This document shows, piece by piece, positions 8,193 through 17,865 of a stretch of 64,000 nt of DNA. Position 1 is the stretch's first letter; every line of letters begins with the position of its first letter. The notes under the pieces are model-generated. The model saw only the letters and a list, made by a program, of their open reading frames with translations, was not told the origin of the DNA and ran no database searches. Source of the stretch: Clostridia bacterium (GTDB taxonomy: Bacteria > Bacillota > Clostridia > Christensenellales > Borkfalkiaceae). The position numbers and the translations under genes were made by a program. The stretch covers positions 11,701-75,700 of the forward strand of contig JAFVPE010000020.1 of NCBI GenBank assembly GCA_017505465.1, read 5' to 3'.

Positions 8193-9851
8193 TTACAAAA
8201 TATTTACGACCACTAGCGTAGCGGCACACCCGATAAAGCAAACGGCGGCGAATATCCATTTCCAACGACGGCGAAGATTCCATTTGTCCGTAAGGAAGGT
8301 ACAACCGCCGTAATAACAGACAAAGCTCCCGCCCGTCATTTGTACGTTGGTTAGTGAGAATGTGGAAAAATCCACCGCTTCAAATACTAGCATCAACGCC
8401 GACCATAGCACGTTTGGCAGGTAAAGCACCACCTCGGCACAAGCGCTCGGCAACAAGCAAGCCACAAGCACAAATAGGAGCAGGAAAGAAAAGCCTGCAC
8501 TAATAATCGGTACGAATAGAAAATTCAAAAGCATCGCCCACCCCGACAAATAGCCGAAATGATGCAAAAGCGCAGGCGTAGTAAAGAGTTGTGCAGCAAG
8601 GCTTACCGCCAAATATCCCACCACTGTATTTCTTATCTGCTCGCCTATCGATTTCGGTAAAGTATCGCCGCTTTGCAAAATTTTCTCTTCTGCTTCGGTG
8701 TATTTCCGTTTCGGGAATAGGCTTCTAATTTTATCGCAAGCCGCAAATAAGACGTCCGCTATCGGACGGCGCATGAGCGCAATGCCAAGGCAGGCAAGAA
8801 AGGAAAGTTGAAATCCCACCTCAAACAAAGCGCTTGGATTGAGCAATAAAATGATGATAGCAGCCAATCCAAGCGTATCTAGCAGGTCGGCTTTCGCCAC
8901 CACTAACTTCGCTAGGTAACTCACAAGGCAAAGCACGATGGCTCGAATCACGGAAGCGGAAAAGCCACATATACCGCCGTAGAAAATCAATATCACCGCC
9001 AAGAGAATAAAATGCACTAGTTTTGGCAATCGGTTGAGCGGCGTTTTCTTCAAAAGGAGCAGACAAAAGCCGTATAGAGCGCCGACGTGCAAGCCCGAAA
9101 CGGCGAAAATATGCGCTATACCGCCGTAGCGCACGTTTTCGAGTAAGTCCGCTTCTATTCCCGTAGTATCCCCCGTCAAAACCGCCATCGTAACCGCGGC
9201 AGGCATTTCGTCCATTCCCGTATGGACGGTTTTGCACAATTTTGACCGTGCTAGCGCAAACAAATTGAATTTTTCGCCCACCTTTTGACATTCCTCTGCC
9301 CCAATAAGTTCAAAGCGGACGTCGTCGCCAATGGCATTGGCACGGAAACCCAAATTATTGCAATATTCCACGTCCGTTTTGAGTTTTCCTTGCAGTAAAA
9401 CTTCGTCGGAAATTTCTATATTTTCACAAAATGAAGTAGGCAGGTACGCGTTGAGTTTTCCTTCTATCCTCGCCTTCTCTATCGCAAGATCGCCAAGCGT
9501 GAGTCTCGTTTTATCGCCGTACGTTTGTTTTTCGTACACCGTTCCCACCACGTAAGTATCCAAATTATACTTCGCCGTATCTGCATACTTGCGCATTTGA
9601 TGAGAAAAGGCAAAAGCACCTATACAAAAAGAAAGGAGCAGCAACGTAATCGCCACACCCGTTTTTAGCATTTCCTTTCGATTTGGACAAAAGAAAAACG
9701 GCATCGCCAACAATAGCAGCCCCAATAGCCACCAAAGCGAAATGCCGTAGAGAATATACAAATAGGAAAATAATACGCCAAGACAAAAGAAAATTGCGGC
9801 GAAGAACAACGGACGAAAATTAAAAATTTTATCTTTAATTGTCCTATCCAC
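8193..9851 (-). CDS. comEC: ComEC/Rec2 competence channel protein (no C-terminal metallo-beta-lactamase domain)
   Basis: Polytopic membrane protein with the competence-domain motif GGIAHIFAVSGLHVG. The ORF starts at a GTG, so the start is uncertain. It ends after the last TM block at 552 aa. Confidence 0.8.
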   Translation of the reverse strand: MDRTIKDKIFNFRPLFFAAIFFCLGVLFSYLYILYGISLWWLLGLLLLAMPFFFCPNRKEMLKTGVAITLLLLSFCIGAFAFSHQMRKYADTAKYNLDTYVVGTVYEKQTYGDKTRLTLGDLAIEKARIEGKLNAYLPTSFCENIEISDEVLLQGKLKTDVEYCNNLGFRANAIGDDVRFELIGAEECQKVGEKFNLFALARSKLCKTVHTGMDEMPAAVTMAVLTGDTTGIEADLLENVRYGGIAHIFAVSGLHVGALYGFCLLLLKKTPLNRLPKLVHFILLAVILIFYGGICGFSASVIRAIVLCLVSYLAKLVVAKADLLDTLGLAAIIILLLNPSALFEVGFQLSFLACLGIALMRRPIADVLFAACDKIRSLFPKRKYTEAEEKILQSGDTLPKSIGEQIRNTVVGYLAVSLAAQLFTTPALLHHFGYLSGWAMLLNFLFVPIISAGFSFLLLFVLVACLLPSACAEVVLYLPNVLWSALMLVFEAVDFSTFSLTNVQMTGGSFVCYYGGCTFLTDKWNLRRRWKWIFAAVCFIGCAATLVVVNIL

Positions 9852-9885
9852 CTCTTCGCAAACCTTCGCCTTTCGTATTTATGTG

Positions 9886-10095
9886 TTAATCTTCCAACCC
9901 GACAAGATAATCAATCGATACGTCAAAGTACTCCGCCAACATAACCAAGCTGGAAAGCTTCGGCTCTCGCAACCCGTTTTCCCAAAGGCTAATAGTTCCA
10001 TTGCCTATTTGTAAATCTTTGGCAAGGCGGTCTTGACCAATTTCTTTTTCTAATCTTAATTCTTTTAATCTTTCAGGGAAATACGTCTTTTTCAT
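9886..10095 (-). CDS. XRE-family helix-turn-helix transcriptional regulator
   Basis: 69 aa. LKELRLEKEIGQDRLAKDLQIGNGTISLWENG is a canonical HTH_3 pattern. No SD upstream of the ATG. Confidence 0.85.
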   Translation of the reverse strand: MKKTYFPERLKELRLEKEIGQDRLAKDLQIGNGTISLWENGLREPKLSSLVMLAEYFDVSIDYLVGLED

Positions 10096-10105
10096 AAGAG
10101 TATTA

Positions 10106-10148
10106 TCTCACAATTGTAAGGGAAATAAACCAACTCTCACAGTTGAAA
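10106..10148 (-). promoter_or_regulatory. Two operator-like 14-nt direct repeats in the XRE promoter region
   Basis: TCTCACAATTGTAA (10106-10119) and TCTCACAGTTGAAA (10135-10148) match at 12/14 positions, 29 bp apart. The first contains the palindrome ACAATTGT. Confidence 0.35.
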
Positions 10149-10166
10149 TGAGCTACCCCTAAAAAA

Positions 10167-10187
10167 AGCTCGGCTTTTTGCCGAGCT
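10167..10187. terminator. Bidirectional intrinsic terminator downstream of nrnA
   Basis: AGCTCGGC-TTTTT-GCCGAGCT hairpin flanked by A7 and T4 runs. Confidence 0.6.
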
Positions 10188-10189
10188 TT

Positions 10190-11158
10190 TTAATCTAAAT
10201 ATTGATATACCGTATAGGAAAGCCTATCCAGCACGTCTTCTACGTCCCCAAAAAGCATACAACCTGCCGCACGGATATGACCGCCACCGCCGTACACACC
10301 TGCAATCTTGTTCACGTCCGCATAGGATTTAGAGCGCAAGGAAATTTTATACTGCCCCTTACGCACTTCAAGCAAGGATGCCGCCACCTCTACCGTATCT
10401 ACGTTCAAGGGGAAATCCACAAACCCTTCCGTCATACCGTGGTCTGCGCCGCATTCTTCCATCGTTTGCTTGCTAATGACAATCACGGCGAATCTATCGT
10501 CGTGATAAAAGCGCATTCCGCCCATTACCTTTGCGTGCAATTTCGCGCGGGCTTTGGGCTGCTTTTTGAAAAGATTGTAATTGTAATAACGGATATCCGC
10601 ACCTGCTTTGGCAAGCTTTGCCGCCAAAAGGAAAGCCTCTTCATCTACGTCCTCGTGCGCAAAATTCCCCGAATCCGTAAGCAAGCCAACAAGCAAATAT
10701 TCCGCCGTTTTTTTATCAAATGGAGCACCCATGTCCGCGATGAGCTGCGCAATATGCATACAATTTGCCGAACATTCCTTGACGAAATTGTACTTTGCAT
10801 AATGGGGATTGGATATATGATGATCGATATTTACCGTATCGATTTTCTTGCGTTTTGCCAAGAAAAATTCTTCCTGTAAATTGCCCAAACGCTGCTCTTC
10901 ACTGCAATCCACCGTCACGAGCAAGTCGTACTGTGCCGTCGGTACTTTCTTTACCTTCTCGATTCCTTCAATAAACGCAAGGTTGGAAGGAATATCCGAT
11001 TCGATGCAAACTTCGTTGGCAATTCGCAAATTGTCAAGCGCACGCGAAAGCGCCAACGCACTGCCAAATGCGTCGCCGTCGGGGCGCATATGCGCCATAA
11101 TCAATACGCTTTTCGCTTTTTTAATTCGTTCCGCAATCTGCGCCAACGTTACTTCCAT
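10190..11158 (-). CDS. nrnA: DHH/DHHA1 phosphoesterase (bifunctional oligoribonuclease / pAp phosphatase NrnA-like)
   Basis: HMRPDGDAFGS, DHH-like NIDHH and the DHHA1 motif GGGGHIRAAG. It follows rbfA, as is usual in Clostridia. Confidence 0.85.
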   Translation of the reverse strand: MEVTLAQIAERIKKAKSVLIMAHMRPDGDAFGSALALSRALDNLRIANEVCIESDIPSNLAFIEGIEKVKKVPTAQYDLLVTVDCSEEQRLGNLQEEFFLAKRKKIDTVNIDHHISNPHYAKYNFVKECSANCMHIAQLIADMGAPFDKKTAEYLLVGLLTDSGNFAHEDVDEEAFLLAAKLAKAGADIRYYNYNLFKKQPKARAKLHAKVMGGMRFYHDDRFAVIVISKQTMEECGADHGMTEGFVDFPLNVDTVEVAASLLEVRKGQYKISLRSKSYADVNKIAGVYGGGGHIRAAGCMLFGDVEDVLDRLSYTVYQYLD

Positions 11159-11202
11159 ACCTTCTCCAAATAGGAAAAACGCGTATGAAACGCGTTTTTT
11201 CG

Positions 11203-11586
11203 TTAATCTTCCTTGTTTTCCTCTTCTACGGGCGTAGAATAGGTAATCGTTTTGAACAGCTCGTCCATTTTTGCGCCATACGTCATACTGCTATCCGTAC
11301 GGAATGTGAGGGCAGGCACGGTGCGCATACGCATCACTTGCGCAAGTTGATGACGGATAAAGCCTGCGCTTTCTTGCAAAGCCGCAAAGCATTGTTTGGT
11401 TTCCGCTTCACTTACGCCGTAGATGCTAACGTAGACGATTGCCGTCTTTAAGTCGGGCGCGACGTCCACCTCCGTCACGGATACAAGCCCTTTTACGCCA
11501 GGCATTCTATCCTTTTGAAGGCGGATAATCTCGCTAATTTCTTTTTGATATTCCCCGTTCAAACGGGAAGTTCTCGACACTTTCAT
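11203..11586 (-). CDS. rbfA: Ribosome-binding factor A
   Basis: MKVSRTSRLNGEYQKEISEII is typical of RbfA. The ATG overlaps the infB stop (TAATG at 11584-11588). Confidence 0.9.
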   Translation of the reverse strand: MKVSRTSRLNGEYQKEISEIIRLQKDRMPGVKGLVSVTEVDVAPDLKTAIVYVSIYGVSEAETKQCFAALQESAGFIRHQLAQVMRMRTVPALTFRTDSSMTYGAKMDELFKTITYSTPVEEENKED

Positions 11587-14264
11587 TATGCCTTGATCTC
11601 CTCGGTGATATAACACTCGATGATATCGCCTACGCGGATTTCATTGAAGCCGTCGATCGCACAACCGCATTCGTAGCCGTAGTTGACTTCCTTCACGTCG
11701 TCCTTAAATCTCTTCAACTGCTTCACGCCGCCTTCGCAAATCATGATATCTTCACGGTAAATTCTAAGCTTACCGCCACGAACGATCTTGCCGTCGATAA
11801 CGTAGCAGCCTGCAATCGTACCAACGCCCGTAATATTGAACGTTTGACGAACTTCACATTTACCCGTAAGCACTTCTTTGAGCTTGGGTGCAAGCATACC
11901 TTTAAGCGCCGCTTCCATATCGTCGAGAAGCTCGTAGATGATACGATAGCTTCTTACGTCTACCTTGGACGTTTCCGCAAGCTTCTTTGCCTTGGTATCG
12001 GGACGAACGTTGAAACCGATGATGATTGCATTCGCACTGTCCGCAAGCATAACGTCGCCTTCGTTGATTGCACCCGCCGCCGCGTGGATAACCTTCACGC
12101 GAACTTCTTCGTTCGTAAGCTTTTCAAGAGACTGCTTCACCGCTTCTACGCTACCTTGTACGTCGCCCTTCACGATAAGGTTAAGATTCTTCATCTTGCC
12201 TTCTTCTACTTGCGCAAAGATATCGTCAAGGGAAACGCGGCTTTGTTCTTTGATCATGCTTTCACGTTCACGATTCTTTCTTTCTTCTTGTACTTGCTTC
12301 ATCAACGCTTGGTCTACCGCCATAATGCTGTCGCCTGCGTTGGGAACGTCTTCCAAACCGAGAATGGATACTGCCATGGAAGGGCCTGCGCTCTTTACCG
12401 CTCTGCCCTTGTCGTCGAACATTGCACGGACTCTACCCATCGTCGTACCCGAGAGGATATTGTCGCCCGTCTTGAGCGTACCCGTCTGCACGATAATGCT
12501 TGCAACGGGGCCCTTGCCCTTATCGAGCTTCGCTTCGATAATCGTACCCTTTGCCTGACGGTCGGGGTTCGCTTTGAGTTCTTGCATTTCCGCAACAAGG
12601 TTCACCGCATCGAGCAAGTCTTCGATACCCATACCCGTCTTTGCGGAAATGGGAACGAGCATCGTATCGCCGCCCCATTCCTCGGGAACAAGCTCATACT
12701 GCATAAGCTCTTGCTTTACTCTGTCGGGGTTGACTTCGTATTTATCCATCTTATTCATTGCAACGATAATGGGAGCATTTGCCGCTTTTGCGTGATTGAT
12801 TGCTTCCACCGTTTGAGGCATAACGCCGTCGTCCGCCGCAACAACGAGAATAACGATATCCGTTACCTGCGCACCGCGCGCACGCATTGCCGTGAACGCC
12901 GCGTGACCGGGGGTATCGATAAAGGTGATTTGTTTGCCCTTCGCCGTAACCGTGTACGCACCAATGCTTTGCGTAATACCGCCTGCTTCGCCTGCCGTAA
13001 CAGCCGTCGCACGAATTTTGTCGAGCAAGGACGTCTTACCGTGGTCAACGTGCCCCATAACGGTAACGACGGGCGCTCTAGGCACAAGCTTGCTTTCGTC
13101 TTCCGCAACAACGGTATCCATAAGCACTTCTTCCGCCGTCTTTTCGGGCTTGTATTCAAGATCAATGCCCATATCCATGGCAATCATAAGCGCATTTTCG
13201 TAATCGATAGAATCGTTGATGCCCTTCATAATGCCTTCTTTGAATAAACGCTTGGTGATTTCAACCGCCGATACGCCGAGCTTTTCGGAAAGCACCTTCA
13301 AAGGAATATCTTTCGTGGTAACGACAGCATGCTCAATCTTCACCGTAGCAATTTCCTTTTGCTTTTGTTTCTTCGGCGAACGCACCTTTCTATACCCAGA
13401 CTTATCTTCATCGAAATCGTCCACAGTCATGCCCTGCTGTCTTATAAGATCACGTTTGGACATAGGTCTCTTTTCAGTGTACGTCTTTTCAAAGGTTTTC
13501 TTCTTTGCAGGAGCAGACTTCGTGTCTCTCGTAGGCGTAATGGGAGCCGCAATAGGAGCTCCACCCGTGGGACGTGCGGGTTTAGCACCGCCTTGCGCAG
13601 GTCTGGGCGCAAAGGGTTTTTCGCCTTGGGGACGAGCAGGTCTATCCCCCGTAGGACGGGGACGGAAAGTCGAGCCGGACGCATTGTTTTCCACGCCGGG
13701 TTTTGCTACGTAAACGCCTTGCTCTTGACCGTTGCGGAAATATCTAGGCGCACGGGGCGCTTTGGGATCGGCCGTCTTGGGCACGAAGGTACGAGCGTCG
13801 GATTTCACTTCGGGCTTCACTTCCGCTTTTACTTCTTCCTTGACTTCTTCCTTCGCTTTTTCTTCAACGGGAGCAGCTTCTTCCGCTTTCACTTCTTCCA
13901 CAACGGGAGCAGGTTCTTCCGCTTTCACTTCCGCTTCGGGTGCTGCCTTCTTTGTCGTTTTCTTTTTAGGCTTTTCCGTTTCTTCGGGCGCGGATTGTTC
14001 CGCCGCCTTTGCTTCTTCCGCAGCCTTCGCCGCCGCTTCCGCAGCTTTTGTAGCTTCTTCCGCCGCCGCGCGAGCTTCTGCTTCCGCTTTTGCCGCCGCT
14101 TCTGCAGCTTCACGCTCCGCTTTTTCCGCTTCCATTACCGAAAGCTTCTTCAAAATATCAGTAAGGCTCTTTTCTGTGGAAGCAAGACGCTTTTGCAACC
14201 CACCGAGCTGCTTATCGTCTAAAAGTCCCAATATTTTTTCCACATTTTCGTATTTTTTTGCCAT
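11586..14264 (-). CDS. infB: Translation initiation factor IF-2
   Basis: GTPase core VTVMGHVDHGKTSLLD, DTPGH and NKMD. Long Ala/Glu/Lys-rich N-terminus. Start set at the ATG at 14264 (MAKKYENVEK). Confidence 0.95.
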   Translation of the reverse strand: MAKKYENVEKILGLLDDKQLGGLQKRLASTEKSLTDILKKLSVMEAEKAEREAAEAAAKAEAEARAAAEEATKAAEAAAKAAEEAKAAEQSAPEETEKPKKKTTKKAAPEAEVKAEEPAPVVEEVKAEEAAPVEEKAKEEVKEEVKAEVKPEVKSDARTFVPKTADPKAPRAPRYFRNGQEQGVYVAKPGVENNASGSTFRPRPTGDRPARPQGEKPFAPRPAQGGAKPARPTGGAPIAAPITPTRDTKSAPAKKKTFEKTYTEKRPMSKRDLIRQQGMTVDDFDEDKSGYRKVRSPKKQKQKEIATVKIEHAVVTTKDIPLKVLSEKLGVSAVEITKRLFKEGIMKGINDSIDYENALMIAMDMGIDLEYKPEKTAEEVLMDTVVAEDESKLVPRAPVVTVMGHVDHGKTSLLDKIRATAVTAGEAGGITQSIGAYTVTAKGKQITFIDTPGHAAFTAMRARGAQVTDIVILVVAADDGVMPQTVEAINHAKAANAPIIVAMNKMDKYEVNPDRVKQELMQYELVPEEWGGDTMLVPISAKTGMGIEDLLDAVNLVAEMQELKANPDRQAKGTIIEAKLDKGKGPVASIIVQTGTLKTGDNILSGTTMGRVRAMFDDKGRAVKSAGPSMAVSILGLEDVPNAGDSIMAVDQALMKQVQEERKNRERESMIKEQSRVSLDDIFAQVEEGKMKNLNLIVKGDVQGSVEAVKQSLEKLTNEEVRVKVIHAAAGAINEGDVMLADSANAIIIGFNVRPDTKAKKLAETSKVDVRSYRIIYELLDDMEAALKGMLAPKLKEVLTGKCEVRQTFNITGVGTIAGCYVIDGKIVRGGKLRIYREDIMICEGGVKQLKRFKDDVKEVNYGYECGCAIDGFNEIRVGDIIECYITEEIKA

Positions 14265-14268
14265 AAGT

Positions 14269-14601
14269 TCAGTTGTTTCCTCCCGAATATAATTTGAGTT
14301 GGGGTTCACTTGCGCTAGCGAGAATCGCCTTGGCAAGATTATTGTCTGTAATTGCCACCACCTTCACTGCCGGACGGTGTAAAAGCTCACCTAAAAGGGA
14401 TTCTTCCGTCATAAGAAGCGGACAAGCAAAACGCTCTTTCGCTTGCATAGTGGCCTTTAAGGAGTTCTTGCCAATGCCGCCGTCGACAATCAAAAGGCTC
14501 ACTCCCTTTTTTTGTCTTTCTATCATTTCCACGCCGAAGATAATTTTGCGGGAACGAATACAAAAGCCAAGATAGGTTTCTATTTTACTTTTCTCCAACA
14601 C
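14269..14601 (-). CDS. ylxQ: L7Ae-family RNA-binding protein (YlxQ-like)
   Basis: About 110 aa located between ylxR and infB. GFCIRSRKIIFG..LLIVDGGIGKNS pattern. Confidence 0.7.
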   Translation of the reverse strand: MLEKSKIETYLGFCIRSRKIIFGVEMIERQKKGVSLLIVDGGIGKNSLKATMQAKERFACPLLMTEESLLGELLHRPAVKVVAITDNNLAKAILASASEPQLKLYSGGNN

Positions 14602-14857
14602 GTCCCTCCTCGACGCCCTGATACACTGCGTCAGGAACGTTCGCTGAAAACGTCTTGTTCAAAAGCTTTTTACCGCCGAGTTTTTTCAAGCAGTCTTGGC
14701 TACCGCAGATATATGCTCCGCGACCGGGCGCTTTGCCCGTCGGATCAAGACTGATTTCGCCTTCGGCGTTTCTCACCACGCGCGTCATTTCTTGCTTGGG
14801 TTTCATTTCACGGCAAGCAATACACATGCGCATAGGAATATTTTTTGTTTTTGCCAT
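14585..14857 (-). CDS. ylxR: YlxR/RnpM (DUF448) protein
   Basis: PMRMCIACREMKPKQEMTRVV..GRGAYIC motif. Located immediately downstream of nusA. Confidence 0.85.
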   Translation of the reverse strand: MAKTKNIPMRMCIACREMKPKQEMTRVVRNAEGEISLDPTGKAPGRGAYICGSQDCLKKLGGKKLLNKTFSANVPDAVYQGVEEGRVGEK

Positions 14858-14880
14858 AGCGCACCTCCGCTACTTGCAGA

Positions 14881-15981
14881 TTAGTCCTGCGTTTCGTCCT
14901 CGTATTCTTCTTCGTTTTCGATCTGCGCAAGCACTTCCGCTGCTTCGGGCGAGGAAGCGCTCTTCACGTCGATCTTCCAGCCCGTCAAACGAGCCGCCAA
15001 ACGAGCGTTTTGACCGTCGCGGCCAATTGCAAGCGAAAGCTTGTCGTCGGGAACGATTGCCATTGCGCTACGTTCGCCGCGTGCGGTTACGGAAAGTACC
15101 GTTGCAGGGGAAAGCGCTTTGTAAATAAACGCCAAGGGATCTTCATTCCAAAGAATGATATCGATCTTTTCGCCGCCGAGTTCTTCTACGACTGCGTTTA
15201 CTCTTGCGCCTCTGTTACCTACGCAAGCGCCGACTGCATCCACTCTCGAATCGTTGGAAAGAATCGCCATCTTCGTACGGTGACCGGGTTCACGCGCGAT
15301 TTCTTTGATTTCTACGATACCTTGCGCGATTTCGGGAACCTGCTCTTCAAAGAGCTTCTTCACCAAACCGGGAGCGGTACGGGATACGACGATTTGCGAG
15401 TTTCTACCGTTGTTCTTAACACGCTTTACGAACACTTTAATTTTGTCGCCAAGTACGTATCTTTCGGTGTTAACTCTATCCTGCGGAGGCATAACGCCTT
15501 CGATTTTCTTGTCGCCGATTTCCACGTAAACGTTGCGTTCGTCGATCTTGCGAATGATACCTTCCATCAATTCGCCTTCCTTATCCGAGAATTCGGAAAG
15601 GGTGTTGTCGCGTTCCGCTTCGTGAAGCTTTTGCAAAATAACCTGCTTCGCCGTTTGCGCTGCAATACGGCCAAAGTTTCTAGGAATAAAGGTGGTAACG
15701 ATCGTGTCGCCAACTTGGTGGGTAGGATCGAGCTCCTGCGCTTCTTCCAAGGAAATTTCCTTGTCCTTATCCACTACTTCTTCTACAACGTAGCGAGTAG
15801 CACGGAATTCCACCTTGCCCTTTTCTGCGTCGAGCGAAACCGCGATTTCCGCGCCGCCTTCGAACTGTTTTTTGTATGCGGACGCAAGCGCGTTTTCCAA
15901 AGTCGCGATGAACGCTTCTTCGCTAATGCCCTTTTCTCTTACCAATTCGGTAAGCGCTTCAAAAAACTCTTTGTTATCCAT
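14881..15981 (-). CDS. nusA: Transcription termination/antitermination factor NusA
   Basis: N-terminal domain, S1 and two KH domains (GACVGNRGARV, AIGRDGQNARLAARLTGWKIDV). Confidence 0.95.
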   Translation of the reverse strand: MDNKEFFEALTELVREKGISEEAFIATLENALASAYKKQFEGGAEIAVSLDAEKGKVEFRATRYVVEEVVDKDKEISLEEAQELDPTHQVGDTIVTTFIPRNFGRIAAQTAKQVILQKLHEAERDNTLSEFSDKEGELMEGIIRKIDERNVYVEIGDKKIEGVMPPQDRVNTERYVLGDKIKVFVKRVKNNGRNSQIVVSRTAPGLVKKLFEEQVPEIAQGIVEIKEIAREPGHRTKMAILSNDSRVDAVGACVGNRGARVNAVVEELGGEKIDIILWNEDPLAFIYKALSPATVLSVTARGERSAMAIVPDDKLSLAIGRDGQNARLAARLTGWKIDVKSASSPEAAEVLAQIENEEEYEDETQD

Positions 15982-16026
15982 TGTTTTAGTCTCCTATTAA
16001 ATTTTCGTATATATTTTTTATTTTTT

Positions 16027-16500
16027 TCAGTTAAAAAGTCCGTCGAAATCAATTGCGCGGCAAATCTTTGCAATCTTCGCCTTTTCAATTTTCATTTCTT
16101 CGTTCTTGCCTTCGAGATACACGCACGTTTCGTCGTGCCCTTTGAGCGTGAGCTCAAACATCTTCTTACCCTTGATCGGTGCAAACAGCTTTACTTCCAC
16201 CTTTTGACCGATGCATTTTTGATAGTCGCGGTCGGTTTTGAGCGGTCTATCCAAGCCGGGGCTCGACACGTTGAGCGTGTACGGCGTACCGAACGTGGGA
16301 TCTACTTCGTCCAACACGGGATCGATTGCACGGTGGAACTTTTCACAGGTATTAAGATCCACGCCCCCTTCGATATCGATATAGACGGTAAGCGCAGGCT
16401 CTTTGCCTTGTTTGAACTCCACTTCCACGATTTCAATGTCCATTTCGTCGGCAATCGGTTGTAAAGCGTTTTGAATTTCTTCAATGGCTTTGACTTTCAT
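16027..16500 (-). CDS. rimP: Ribosome maturation factor RimP
   Basis: 157 aa. VSSPGLDRPLK motif. Located upstream of nusA. Confidence 0.9.
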   Translation of the reverse strand: MKVKAIEEIQNALQPIADEMDIEIVEVEFKQGKEPALTVYIDIEGGVDLNTCEKFHRAIDPVLDEVDPTFGTPYTLNVSSPGLDRPLKTDRDYQKCIGQKVEVKLFAPIKGKKMFELTLKGHDETCVYLEGKNEEMKIEKAKIAKICRAIDFDGLFN

Positions 16501-16575
16501 ATAAGCCCCCTACATAGCAATATGAGAGTGGTCGCAAGACCACTCTCAATAAGCAAATCGTTATTAAGTATCCTA

Positions 16576-16604
16576 ATTATAACATAGTTATAATCGAATT
16601 GCAA
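16576..16604 (-). promoter_or_regulatory. Candidate sigma-A promoter of the rimP-nusA-infB operon
   Basis: On the minus strand: TTGCAA (16604-16599), 17-nt spacer, TATAAT (16581-16576). A 10-bp hairpin (16524-16547) follows in the leader. Confidence 0.5.
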
Positions 16605-16632
16605 GCGTTTCACGCCTATTTTTACCAATTTT

Positions 16633-17751
16633 TTATAACAAACCTTCTTCTTTCAAATCTTCATATATGCATTGTACAATTTGAATATGCTCGCCTCTAA
16701 AAATATTCGGCCATTGCAAAATTTGCATACCCATTACGATAGAGATTTTATGTACGGGATCGACGAGCAAGTACGAGCCCGCCGCGCCGTCCCAACCGTA
16801 TTCGCCTACGGGCAAGCCCCATTCCGTTTCCTTCAATCTCGTGCGCACCCCCAAGCCGTATCCATAATCGGTGCCCTGCACGCAACTAAACGTATTGTTC
16901 ATCTCAAAACCCGCATGCTTTGCAGAACGAATTTGCTCAATCGTTTCTTCTTTGATGATCCGGTGCCCGTTTTCCCATACGCCGCCGCAAGCCATCGTCT
17001 TGGCAAATTTCACGTAATCGTCAATACAGCTAATTACCCCTGCGCCGCCGCTATCGTAACGGGTATCGTGCATACCGAAGGTTTGCCTTGAATTAAGTGG
17101 CACAATCATACCGTTGGGCGCAGCCGCATATAAGGGTTCGAGCTTTTCTTCGTCCAAATTGTGGAAGCCCGAATCGTTCATACCGAGCGGATCGAAAATA
17201 CACTCCTTCATATACTCGGAAAAACGTTTTCCCGTGATCACTTCCACAACCCCTGCAAGCGCATCGTGACAAAGGCTATATTGGAAGCGGGTACCCGGTT
17301 CAAACGACAAGGGCGTCTTTACAAAGCCTTGGCAAAACGCAATCGTATCGCCGTCGTTTCTTTTAATTTCCTCCAACGGCTCGGTAAACATATCGTACGT
17401 GAGCCCACCCGACATCGTGAACAAATGCAAAATCGTCATTTTATTCTTCGTGGGAACTTTGTTCCCATTTTCATCTAAAAGGAAGGTGTTTGCGTACTCG
17501 GGCAAATATTTTTCCACGAGATCGTCCAAATGGAGCAAACCTTGCTCCACAAGCTTCATTGCGCAAACCACCGTCATCGGCTTCGTACAAGAATACAAAA
17601 AGATTTGCTCCTTGCCCGTCGCAGTTCCCTTCGCACCGTTAAAGTGGCGCAAAACGGTGTCGTAGCCACAATGCACTGACACGTCGAAATAGGGCAACCC
17701 CTTTTCTTTTATGAGTTTATCCACGTAAGCCTTTGTTCTCTTTCCTTGCAT
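16633..17751 (-). CDS. Serine hydrolase, beta-lactamase / PBP4* family
   Basis: S-x-x-K nucleophile motif (YSCTKPMT) and a class-C-like fold pattern. Start set at the ATG at 17751, which has GGAG upstream; the ORF-track start is a GTG. Confidence 0.8.
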   Translation of the reverse strand: MQGKRTKAYVDKLIKEKGLPYFDVSVHCGYDTVLRHFNGAKGTATGKEQIFLYSCTKPMTVVCAMKLVEQGLLHLDDLVEKYLPEYANTFLLDENGNKVPTKNKMTILHLFTMSGGLTYDMFTEPLEEIKRNDGDTIAFCQGFVKTPLSFEPGTRFQYSLCHDALAGVVEVITGKRFSEYMKECIFDPLGMNDSGFHNLDEEKLEPLYAAAPNGMIVPLNSRQTFGMHDTRYDSGGAGVISCIDDYVKFAKTMACGGVWENGHRIIKEETIEQIRSAKHAGFEMNNTFSCVQGTDYGYGLGVRTRLKETEWGLPVGEYGWDGAAGSYLLVDPVHKISIVMGMQILQWPNIFRGEHIQIVQCIYEDLKEEGLL

Positions 17752-17865
17752 GATTTTCCACACTCCGTCTTTTTTTCACACCTACAAAATCGTTATTTTA
17801 GGCCGTATTTCACAGTATTTCCCCATCAAAAATCAGCCGTATATTGGGACAAAGCCCTTTTACTT

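Noticed and set aside
13750-14160. Repetitive GCTTCTTCCGC / GCCGCC-type DNA and the highly basic ORF at 13925-14113.
   Set aside because: This is the Ala/Glu/Lys-rich low-complexity N-terminus of IF-2 read on the other strand. It is coding low complexity, not a repeat element or a separate gene.
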